Shown here in pieces: positions 1 to 7,449 of a DNA stretch of 28,170 nucleotides. Position 1 is the first letter of the stretch; the number at the start of each line of letters is the position of its first letter. A program made the position numbers and the translations under genes. The notes beneath the pieces are model-generated. The model had not been told where the DNA came from. It made no database searches and worked only from the letters and a program-made list of their open reading frames with translations. The stretch spans positions 1 to 28,170 of IMG/VR virus record IMGVR_UViG_3300044676_000972, one strand, 5' to 3'. Origin of the DNA: a virus (taxonomy: Duplodnaviria; Caudoviricetes).

Positions 1-162
1 CCTCCCTACTATCTATAGGGGGTGCCACACAAAATTTTCACCCAAAACGGCCGTGCAGCGATTGCGCTGATGGCTGGGTGCGGCAGCCGGATGGTTACGG
101 CTGTGTCGAATGGACGCTGTGTTATCGCTGTGGTGGCGATGGTGTTATTGCGGAGGATAGTG

Positions 163-414
163 ATGGATAATGACAACACTGATGACCGGCCTATCTTGAA
201 GGCAGGCCAAGTTTACAACATGCTGTCGCCGGAGGGCTGGGTTGACGTCCGGGAGTTGACAGTTGGCATCAAACGCAGCAATGATGGTGTGACGGTTGAG
301 ATCTGGCCTATTGAGGTGACAGAGGGCAATCACCGGCCAATAGCCACGGCATTTGCGCCGTTTGAAAAACCAACCCGCTTCAAGCGTTTATATGTTAAAA
401 ACAAAAGGTGGTGA
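163..414 (+). CDS. Hypothetical phage protein (83 aa)
   Basis: Within track ORF 22..414; ATG at 163 is preceded by GGAGGA (152-157), making it the better start. No family recognised. Confidence 0.6.
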   Translation: MDNDNTDDRPILKAGQVYNMLSPEGWVDVRELTVGIKRSNDGVTVEIWPIEVTEGNHRPIATAFAPFEKPTRFKRLYVKNKRW

Positions 415-415
415 C

Positions 416-583
416 ATGATTGATGAGGGTGATGGGTCATTTCAGCGCAAGTTGGATAATGGGCAATGCCCACGGTGCCGGTCAGCTATTGTGATGCGGC
501 GCGAGACAGATACGCTGTGCGAGTATAGTTGCAGCGTTTGTAGTATGAAAATTATTGATGTGAAGGGAAAAGACGATGAATAG
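416..583 (+). CDS. Small zinc-ribbon protein
   Basis: ATG 416 after AGGTGG; CPRC...CSVC pair; overlaps the next start. Confidence 0.6.
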   Translation: MIDEGDGSFQRKLDNGQCPRCRSAIVMRRETDTLCEYSCSVCSMKIIDVKGKDDE

Positions 584-851
584 GTTTGAGTTATTAGATG
601 CGGCTGTAGAAGCAATTTCTGATCGTGGCGAGGATTACGGCGGCGTTTGGGAAAATCACGAGCGCATTGCTGTTATTTGGACGGCGTTGATTGGCATACA
701 GATTGAGCCGGAACAGGTGGCTATGATGATGGCTGGTGTGAAGCTGGCTAGGTTGGCGTCATCGCCGGATCATCAGGATAGCTGGGTGGATCTGGCTGGG
801 TATGCCGCAACAGGATCGGAGTGTTTGCATGTCAGACAAGCCAACGATTAG
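576..851 (+). CDS. DUF6378-like phage protein (putative nucleotide-related helical domain)
   Basis: Motifs R..DYG...N..RIA..W, VA.MM..VK.AR and H.DSWVD.AGY match this common phage family from memory. Confidence 0.75.
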   Translation: MNRFELLDAAVEAISDRGEDYGGVWENHERIAVIWTALIGIQIEPEQVAMMMAGVKLARLASSPDHQDSWVDLAGYAATGSECLHVRQAND

Positions 852-1221
852 GCAACAGCGGGCGGCGTTAGCGTCATCTGATGAATTGCGCCGCGAGGCG
901 GTGGTGCAAGAACTAGAGGCAATTGGTGCCGGTGAGGCGACTGATGTTATCCGGTGGGATGATATGGGGCGTGTCACGCTGACGCCGAGCGATGAATTGT
1001 CTGATCGGGCAAAGCGGTCGATTAAGAAGGTCAAGGTCACGCCCAATCAGTTTGGCAATCAGATCGAGGTTGAGATGCACGACAAGTTGTCGGCGTTGAG
1101 GCTATTGGCGAAGCATCGCGGGTTATTGGAGCCTAATGCTGGGGATCAGAAGCCGAGCATGATTGGTATTAATATCACCGGCCCAACGGCCAAGATCGTG
1201 GAGATTGATGACGATGGGTGA
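829..1221 (+). CDS. terS: Terminase small subunit
   Basis: SIKKVKV...IEVEMHDKLSALRLLAKHRGL resembles the Terminase_2 C-terminal signature; lies shortly upstream of TerL; ATG 829 follows GGAG. Confidence 0.7.
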   Translation: MSDKPTIRQQRAALASSDELRREAVVQELEAIGAGEATDVIRWDDMGRVTLTPSDELSDRAKRSIKKVKVTPNQFGNQIEVEMHDKLSALRLLAKHRGLLEPNAGDQKPSMIGINITGPTAKIVEIDDDG

Positions 1222-1423
1222 GGTGATTGATATGAAGGATTATATCAGCGTCAAGTTTTTCAAGGATGAGGTGCAGTGTGGTTTTTGTGAGCAGGCTACG
1301 AATGGCCGCGTTTACGACAAGAGCGAGCGAGTAGTTTGCACAGTTTGCGGCGGGCCTATGCTTGAGTTGTCATCCGAAGATTTTTTTGGTTCTGCCACTA
1401 TTATTTTTCACCCAGAGGATTAG
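1214..1423 (+). CDS. Small zinc-finger protein
   Basis: CGFC...CTVC; fills the gap between terS and terL with coupled ends. Confidence 0.6.
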   Translation: MGEVIDMKDYISVKFFKDEVQCGFCEQATNGRVYDKSERVVCTVCGGPMLELSSEDFFGSATIIFHPED

Positions 1424-1424
1424 A

Positions 1425-2978
1425 ATGGCGCGTTCATCAAAGGCAACCGACAGATCACCCCGGCGCAGAAAGCAGCCAACCACTGAGGCTTTGGCGGGGT
1501 TGAATTTGGATTTTTCTGAAAGCCCAACGGTATGGGATTTTTTACAAGACGACAGTTTCGTGCGTGGGCTGATGGGGCCAGTGGGATCTGGCAAGACATT
1601 CGGTTCGTTAGCGGAAGTGATGTTGAGGGCTGTGAAACAGGAGCCATCACCGATCGATGGGATCAGATATACCAGATTTGCAGTAATCCGAAACAGCTAC
1701 CCGGAACTGCGCACGACAACGATTAAGACGTGGCAAGAGTTATTCCCTGAGAATGTGTGGGGGCCAATGCGCTGGTCGCCGCCGATCACCCATCACATCA
1801 AGCTGCCGCCACGCGATGGCGTGGCTGGGCTTGATTGTGAGGTGATCTTCTTGGCGTTGGATCAGCCGCGAGACGTGCGAAAGCTGTTGTCGTTGGAATT
1901 AACCGGGGGATTCATAGACGAGGCTAGAGAACTGCCTAAAGCGGTGGTTGACGGTTTGACCTCGCGTGTTGGTCGTTTCCCGACTAGGGCGAATGGCGGT
2001 TGCACTTGGCGCGGCGTGTGGATGAGTACCAACCCAATGGATAGTGATCATTGGTGGCATCAGTTGGCTGAGAAAAATCCTATTCGCGGAAAGTATCCTT
2101 GGAAGTTCTACAAGCAGCCCGGCGGCGTGGTTGAGGGAACCAAAGAGCATGAGGGTGCTATATTCTCGGCTGAAAAATATTGGATTAATAACCCAAAGGC
2201 TGAGAACACCAACAACTTGCCGCCGGGGTACTACGAACAGCAATTAGCCGGTAAGACGCTGGATTGGATACAGTGCTATGCCGGGGCGCAATATGTTTAC
2301 GTTCAAGATGGCAAGGCTGTCTGGCATGAATTTTCTGACAGCATTATGTCGGCTGATGTTCACATTGAGCCGGGCTGGCCGGTTCATATCGGGCTTGACT
2401 TTGGTTTGACGCCAGCGGCTGTCTTTGGGCAGAAGATGCAGAATGGGCGGTGGCACGTTGTGCATGAACTGGTGGCGTTTGATATGGGGCTTGAGAGGTT
2501 CTGCCATCATTTGCTGGCTGACATACAGCAGCACTTTCCAAAATCGGACGTGTTGATCTGGGGTGATCCGGCGGGCGTCAAGCGTGACGAGATCTTTGAA
2601 GTGACCGCGTTTGAGCATTTGCGAACTATGGGCTTACATGCCCGGCCAACCAGCACCAACGATTTTATGGTGCGGCGTGAGGCGGGTGCTATGCCGATGA
2701 ACCGCCTGATTGACAGCAAGCCCGGCCTGCTGGTTAATCGTTCTTGCGTCAAAGTGCGCAAAGCTTTGGCTGGTGGTTATCATTTCAAGCGCGTTGCTGT
2801 TGGATCTGGGCATGAACGGTTTAAGGATGCACCAAACAAAAACCAGCATTCGCACGTTGGTGACGCATTCGGCTATTTGATGCTTGGTGCTGGCGAGGTG
2901 CGGTCAATAACGCGCAATAGCCAGTTTAGCAATCAGTTTAAACAGATCAGCGCAAATATGGATTTCAATATTTTCTAA
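1425..2978 (+). CDS. terL: Terminase large subunit
   Basis: Walker A GPVGSGKT, Walker B FIDEARE, motif III STNP, RNase H-like nuclease GLDFG...GDPAG...HVGDAFGY; ATG 1425 after GAGG. Confidence 0.95.
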   Translation: MARSSKATDRSPRRRKQPTTEALAGLNLDFSESPTVWDFLQDDSFVRGLMGPVGSGKTFGSLAEVMLRAVKQEPSPIDGIRYTRFAVIRNSYPELRTTTIKTWQELFPENVWGPMRWSPPITHHIKLPPRDGVAGLDCEVIFLALDQPRDVRKLLSLELTGGFIDEARELPKAVVDGLTSRVGRFPTRANGGCTWRGVWMSTNPMDSDHWWHQLAEKNPIRGKYPWKFYKQPGGVVEGTKEHEGAIFSAEKYWINNPKAENTNNLPPGYYEQQLAGKTLDWIQCYAGAQYVYVQDGKAVWHEFSDSIMSADVHIEPGWPVHIGLDFGLTPAAVFGQKMQNGRWHVVHELVAFDMGLERFCHHLLADIQQHFPKSDVLIWGDPAGVKRDEIFEVTAFEHLRTMGLHARPTSTNDFMVRREAGAMPMNRLIDSKPGLLVNRSCVKVRKALAGGYHFKRVAVGSGHERFKDAPNKNQHSHVGDAFGYLMLGAGEVRSITRNSQFSNQFKQISANMDFNIF

Positions 2979-3454
2979 TGTGGCAGCGCAGCATTACGAC
3001 AAACAAAAGCATAACCATTGTGCCGTTTCATTGGGGGCATCCCTATGCCGCTGATTTGCGCGAGTTTGACAAGCTTGCATTTGAGACGTTGCCTAATTAC
3101 CGCGATATGTTGCAGGCGTTTCAAGCCGAGGGCGATGCTGTCACTGCTTTGTGGCGCGGCAAAATCATCGCCAGCCTCGGTGCGAATATCATGTGGCCGG
3201 GCGTGGCCGAAGCTTGGCTGATCACGACAACGCATTTTGATAGCTTGGCGATATCAGTAACCCGCGCAGCTAACAGGTACTTTAATCAGCTTGCTATCGA
3301 AAAGAAATTAACGCGATTGCAGATCACCGTGAATGTCGATAACCACCTTGCTATCAGGTGGGCAGATGCGTTAAAATTCACCGCAGAAGGCGTTATGCGC
3401 AATTACGGCCCTGATGGGGCTGATCATGTGATGTATTCGAGGATTTACGAATGA
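2978..3454 (+). CDS. GNAT-fold protein, T7 gp13-like
   Basis: GVAEAW...RLQITV...N..AIRWADALKF..EG.MR.YG pattern of RimJ-type GNAT fold; TAATG coupling to terL. Confidence 0.7.
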   Translation: MWQRSITTNKSITIVPFHWGHPYAADLREFDKLAFETLPNYRDMLQAFQAEGDAVTALWRGKIIASLGANIMWPGVAEAWLITTTHFDSLAISVTRAANRYFNQLAIEKKLTRLQITVNVDNHLAIRWADALKFTAEGVMRNYGPDGADHVMYSRIYE

Positions 3455-3678
3455 GCAATCTTTTCAAAACACCAAAGATGCCAACGCCGCAGCAAGTTGC
3501 GCCAGAGGTGGTAGAGGCGCAAAAGCGTCAAGAAGAGCGGTTGCAAGCGCAAGAAGAGGCTCAAATGCGGCAAATCGCTGCGCGTAAACGTGCGCGGCGT
3601 TCTGGCGGTATGCGTATGCTTTTGTCGAAAGAACGTGAAAACGCACAAACTGGCGTTAAATCAACATTAGGATCTTAA
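3451..3678 (+). CDS. Small basic virion-associated protein, paralog 1 (T7 gp6.7/7.3-like position)
   Basis: Pro-rich N-terminus, Arg-rich RKRARRSGG-RMLL, C-terminal STLG; ATGA overlap. Confidence 0.7.
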   Translation: MSNLFKTPKMPTPQQVAPEVVEAQKRQEERLQAQEEAQMRQIAARKRARRSGGMRMLLSKERENAQTGVKSTLGS

Positions 3679-3681
3679 ATT

Positions 3682-3906
3682 ATGGGCGCATTTCAAAAAT
3701 TAATGGGTATGAAAGTCGGCGGCAAAACTGTGGTCGAAAAAATTAAAGAAGAGACAGCACCCAAACCAACACCACTTACACCAGAGCAATTGGACGCGCA
3801 GAAAAAAGCTGCTGTTTCCAGAACTCGATTTCGCACTGGTCGCCGTCAGTTATTAAACCAAACTAGGTTTGATCCGATGAAAGAAGAGCAATCAACATTA
3901 GGGTGA
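3682..3906 (+). CDS. Small basic virion-associated protein, paralog 2
   Basis: AQKKAA...RTGRRQLL...STLG; shares DNA identity with both neighbours. Confidence 0.7.
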   Translation: MGAFQKLMGMKVGGKTVVEKIKEETAPKPTPLTPEQLDAQKKAAVSRTRFRTGRRQLLNQTRFDPMKEEQSTLG

Positions 3907-3910
3907 TGAT

Positions 3911-4180
3911 ATGAGCAATGTAGTTAAAAAAGTTGGCGGTGCAATCGGGCTTGGCAAGAAAAAACCAACGCCTGTTATGGATATGGCTGCTGCAGCGGCT
4001 GGCACCAGCGTTGAGGAAATGGTTGGTGGTTTACAACAAACAGAAGCCCAGAAAAAAGCAGCCCTCGCCAGAAAAAGATCTCGCACTGGTCGCGGTGGGC
4101 GGCGTTCTTTGTTAGCTGCCGGTCGCCTTGGCGGCGGTGGTCAGGGTCAAGATCAACAAGACACATTAGGAGCAGCGTAA
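3911..4180 (+). CDS. Small basic virion-associated protein, paralog 3
   Basis: AQKKAA...RTGRGGRRSLL...DTLG. Confidence 0.7.
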   Translation: MSNVVKKVGGAIGLGKKKPTPVMDMAAAAAGTSVEEMVGGLQQTEAQKKAALARKRSRTGRGGRRSLLAAGRLGGGGQGQDQQDTLGAA

Positions 4181-4215
4181 TGCCAAAGAAAAAAGGTAAA
4201 GGTTACGGCAAGTAA
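4180..4215 (+). CDS. 11-aa basic micro-ORF MPKKKGKGYGK
   Basis: Translated by hand; AGGAG upstream, TAATG overlaps at both ends; not in the track. Confidence 0.5.
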   Translation: MPKKKGKGYGK

Positions 4216-4376
4216 TGGAAAAGAAAAAAGAGGTTTGGGATAAGAAACGCCCAAAGGGTTTGGGCAAATCAAAAGGTTTGTCGCCAGCAAAAAAGCGGGC
4301 AGCTATGCGGGCTGCGTCTAAAGCTGGCCGTCCATATCCAAACCTGATTGACAACATGAGGGCAGCGCGTGGCTAA
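4215..4376 (+). CDS. 53-aa Lys/Arg-rich protein with GRPYPNLIDN motif
   Basis: Translated by hand: MEKKKEVWDKKRPKGLGKSKGLSPAKKRAAMRAASKAGRPYPNLIDNMRAARG; exactly fills the operon gap; below the track cutoff. Confidence 0.75.
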   Translation: MEKKKEVWDKKRPKGLGKSKGLSPAKKRAAMRAASKAGRPYPNLIDNMRAARG

Positions 4377-4671
4377 GACACCAGCTTGGCAAAGGTCTGA
4401 GGGCAAAAACCCATCTGGCGGTTTGAATGCCAAAGGCCGCGCTTCAGCTAAAGCCGAAGGCATGAACCTAAAGGCACCGGTAAAATCTGGCGATAATCCG
4501 CGCCGTGCTTCATTCTTGGCGCGTATGGGCAACATGCCGGGGCCAGAGCGAAAGCCAAACGGTGAGCCAACGCGCCTGCTTTTGTCACTACGCGCTTGGG
4601 GCGCGAGTTCCAAAGCAAGCGCAAAAAAGAAGGCCGCAGCTATAAGCAAAAGGAATAAAGCGAATGCATAG
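4369..4671 (+). CDS. Small basic protein, DUF6321-like
   Basis: AWQRSEGKNPSGGLNAKGRAS...LKAPV...RRASFLARM...SLRAW; GTG start after GAGG. Confidence 0.75.
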   Translation: MAKTPAWQRSEGKNPSGGLNAKGRASAKAEGMNLKAPVKSGDNPRRASFLARMGNMPGPERKPNGEPTRLLLSLRAWGASSKASAKKKAAAISKRNKANA

Positions 4672-6235
4672 CATTGAGCAGATACTAAAGCGTCACGACA
4701 TAGCGCAACGCCGGAAAGACAACTGGCGTCAGATCTATGAGGATTGCTATGAGTTTGGCCTTCCGCAGCGCAATCTTTATGATGGTTATTATGAGGGTGG
4801 CGGCGCACCCGGCCAAAATAAAATGGTTAGGGTGTTTGACAGTACGGCCATCAACGCGACACAGAGATTTGCCAACCGCATCCAGTCAGGGTTGTTCCCG
4901 CCATACGCGCCTTGGTGCCGTTTGGAGCCGGGGGCAGAGATCCCAGAAGATCGCCGCCTAGAAGCGCAATCCGCGTTAGATATGTATAGCGATATTATGT
5001 TTAGCGTTTTGCGCCAGTCTAATTTTGATTTGGCTATGGGTGAGTTTTTGCTGGATCTGGCAGTTGGCACGGCCTGCATGTTGGTGCAGCCCGGCGATGA
5101 TATGACGCCAATCCGCTTTACTGCCGTGCCGCAATATTTGGTTAGCATTGAAGAGGGTGCGCACGGCAAGGTCGATAATGTTTATCGCCGCATGAAGATG
5201 AAGGGCGAAGCAATCCAACAGCATTGGGCTGATGCTGAAATTCCTGATCGCCTCGCCAGAATGATTGAAGAAAAACCAACAGAAGAAATTGATCTAATTG
5301 AGGCCACTTTGTATGACCCTGATGAGGGTGATTATTGTTATCACGTTATCTGGGCAGAAGGCAAAGCCGGTCTGCTGATGCGCCGCATGAAATCATCGCC
5401 TTGGATCGTGGCGCGTTATATGAAAGTTGCGGGTGAGGTTTACGGTCGTGGGCCTTTGGTTACTGCAATCCCAGATATCAAGACGCTAAACAAAACGCTT
5501 GAGTTGCTCTTAAAGAACGCCAGCTTGTCTATTGCCGGTGTTTACACAGCCGCTGATGACGGCGTTCTAAACCCGCAAGCAATCCGCATTGCGCCGGGTG
5601 CTATTATCCCGGTGGCGCGTAACGGCGGCCCACAAGGTGAAAGCTTGCGGCAGATGCCTCGCTCTGGTGATTTCAATGTGTCGCAAATTGTCATCAATGA
5701 CCTACGCATGAACATCAAAAAGATTTTGCTCGATGACACGTTGCCGCCTGACAATATGTCAGCCCGGTCAGCCACAGAGATTGCCGAGCGCATGAAAGAG
5801 TTGGCGCAAAATCTTGGATCTGCTTTTGGTCGTTTAATCACAGAAACAATGGTGCCGCTTATCAGTCGCATTTTGTATGTGATGGATGAGCGTGGCATGA
5901 TTGAGATGCCACTGCGCGTTAATGGCCTTGAGGTCAAGGTCACGCCGGTTAGCCCAATTGCACAAGCGCAAAATATGGGTGACATCGAAAAGATCATGCA
6001 GTGGGTGCAGATGTCGTCTGCCCTTGGCCCAGAAGGCCAAATGGCGGTTAAGACAACAGCTATTTCTGATTATGTGGCTGACAAGCTGGGCGTTCCGGCT
6101 GATCTGCGTACAACACCAGAAGAGCGTGAAATGATGATGCAGCAAGCAATGGAAGCTGCGCAAATGCAAGCACAGGCTGAACAGGGGATAGAGCCGGGTG
6201 CCGAGCAGGGGGCGATGCCGCCAGAAGGGATGTAA
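4664..6235 (+). CDS. Portal / head-to-tail connector (T7 gp8, BPP-1-like)
   Basis: 523 aa; FDSTA, DLAVGTA, GEVYGRGP, SATEI.ER..E....LG..FGRL..E...PL motifs. Confidence 0.95.
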   Translation: MHSIEQILKRHDIAQRRKDNWRQIYEDCYEFGLPQRNLYDGYYEGGGAPGQNKMVRVFDSTAINATQRFANRIQSGLFPPYAPWCRLEPGAEIPEDRRLEAQSALDMYSDIMFSVLRQSNFDLAMGEFLLDLAVGTACMLVQPGDDMTPIRFTAVPQYLVSIEEGAHGKVDNVYRRMKMKGEAIQQHWADAEIPDRLARMIEEKPTEEIDLIEATLYDPDEGDYCYHVIWAEGKAGLLMRRMKSSPWIVARYMKVAGEVYGRGPLVTAIPDIKTLNKTLELLLKNASLSIAGVYTAADDGVLNPQAIRIAPGAIIPVARNGGPQGESLRQMPRSGDFNVSQIVINDLRMNIKKILLDDTLPPDNMSARSATEIAERMKELAQNLGSAFGRLITETMVPLISRILYVMDERGMIEMPLRVNGLEVKVTPVSPIAQAQNMGDIEKIMQWVQMSSALGPEGQMAVKTTAISDYVADKLGVPADLRTTPEEREMMMQQAMEAAQMQAQAEQGIEPGAEQGAMPPEGM

Positions 6236-6502
6236 ATGGTTGACGGTTGGAGCGGTCTGCAAGAGGTAGACCCAAGAATAGCTGACAAACAACAAGTAGA
6301 TAAAGATGATGTTGATCGTCTTTATTTGCGCGTATTCGCCAGTGATGATGGGGCAAAGCTTCTCACTCATCTGCGATCACTGACGATTGAGCAGCCAACG
6401 TGGTATCCCGGTGAGGATGCCAGTCACGGCTATGCTAGAGAGGGCCAGAACAGTCTGGTTCGTGAAATCGAGAGGCGCATAAAGAGGGCTAGAAACCTAT
6501 GA
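6236..6502 (+). CDS. Bbp19-like protein
   Basis: Y.RVF.S..G..LL..L...AREGQ.SLV..I pattern; canonical position after the portal. Confidence 0.8.
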   Translation: MVDGWSGLQEVDPRIADKQQVDKDDVDRLYLRVFASDDGAKLLTHLRSLTIEQPTWYPGEDASHGYAREGQNSLVREIERRIKRARNL

Positions 6503-7272
6503 ACGAAACTGATGGCCTGTTGGCCGAAGCCCAAATTGAGGGTGACGATAACCAACAGCAAGCAGAAGAGACAACCATTTCACACATTAAGCCGGACAAC
6601 GAAACCATCGCGAGCGATGACGTTGCGGCTGAAGCAGCAGATGAACGCCCGGAATGGTTGCCGGAAAAGTTCAAATCACCAGAAGATTTGGCAAAGGGCT
6701 ATGCTGAATTGCAAAAGCAGTTCAGTCAGGGCAAGCACAAAGCACCAGAAACCTATGATGATAGCATCTTTAAAGAAGCTGGCATTGAGGATGATGACGA
6801 GCTTTACAGCACTTACAAGGACTGGGCTAAAGAAAATGGCGTAAGTCAGGCGGCCTTTGAGCAGCTTGCGTCAAAGTTCATTGATATGGCTGGTGCTGAA
6901 GCCGACACAGCCGAAATTTCATATAAGGAAGAATATGAAAAGCTGGGCAAGAATGCTGACGTTGTAATCAAGTCGATGACCGATTGGGCATCAAGCTTGG
7001 TGCGCAAAGGCGTTTGGTCGGAATCTGATTTTGAAGAATTTAAATTTATGGGTGGAACAGCCCAAGGATTAAAAGCCCTTCAAAAGATCCGCAGCTATTA
7101 TGGTGACAAGCCTATTCCTGTTGACGTTGGGCCTATTGATGGTGCGCCATCGAAAGACGAATTAATGTCAATGGTAGGCAAACCAGAATACCAAAGCGAC
7201 CCGGCATATCGGGCTAAAGTCGAAAAGCTATTTGAACAAGCCTATGGCAGTGACGAATATTCGACTATCTAA
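6499..7272 (+). CDS. Capsid assembly scaffolding protein
   Basis: Acidic; ERPEWLPEKFKS.EDLAK.Y.EL (T7 gp9-like); C-terminal Y..DPAYRAKV; lies between portal and capsid. Confidence 0.85.
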   Translation: MNETDGLLAEAQIEGDDNQQQAEETTISHIKPDNETIASDDVAAEAADERPEWLPEKFKSPEDLAKGYAELQKQFSQGKHKAPETYDDSIFKEAGIEDDDELYSTYKDWAKENGVSQAAFEQLASKFIDMAGAEADTAEISYKEEYEKLGKNADVVIKSMTDWASSLVRKGVWSESDFEEFKFMGGTAQGLKALQKIRSYYGDKPIPVDVGPIDGAPSKDELMSMVGKPEYQSDPAYRAKVEKLFEQAYGSDEYSTI

Positions 7273-7278
7273 TTGATC

Positions 7279-7306
7279 GCGGGGGTTGTTTACAGCCCCC
7301 GCTTTT
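7279..7306 (+). terminator. Intrinsic terminator after scaffold gene
   Basis: GCGGGGGTTG / CAGCCCCCGC stem (one G-U pair) followed by TTTT. Confidence 0.7.
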
Positions 7307-7317
7307 CCTAGTACAAT
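7289..7317 (+). promoter_or_regulatory. Sigma70-type promoter for the capsid gene
   Basis: TTTACA (7289-7294), 17 bp spacer, TACAAT (7312-7317). Confidence 0.7.
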
Positions 7318-7324
7318 TCCCCTT

Positions 7325-7412
7325 GACAGACAACCGTTTCGGCCTGTTGACCCCGCTTGGGGGCGAAGCGCAATCGCCCAAGCCGCAGCCCTTTTAGGAT
7401 ACCTGTTTGGCG
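7325..7412 (+). ncRNA. Candidate structured 5' leader of the capsid mRNA (three hairpins)
   Basis: Hand-folded stems GACAG/CTGTT with CCG/CGG; GCTTGGG(GG)CGA/TCGCCCAAGC; GCAG/CTGT with CCT/AGG. Confidence 0.5.
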
Positions 7413-7449
7413 TAAAATCGTGTTTTAACTTTTACAAAGGAATAGAGAA

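Noticed and set aside
1376-1425. T7 run (1381-1387) that might frameshift the zinc-finger ORF into the open terL frame
   Set aside because: The slippery heptamer would favour -1 whereas fusion needs +1, and terL has its own RBS and ATG at 1425.
4269-4808. Long minus-strand ORFs here and opposite portal, ejection and chaperone genes (e.g. 5542-5997, 16155-16691, 22306-22866)
   Set aside because: Antisense shadows of well-supported + strand genes with no RBS or family motifs.
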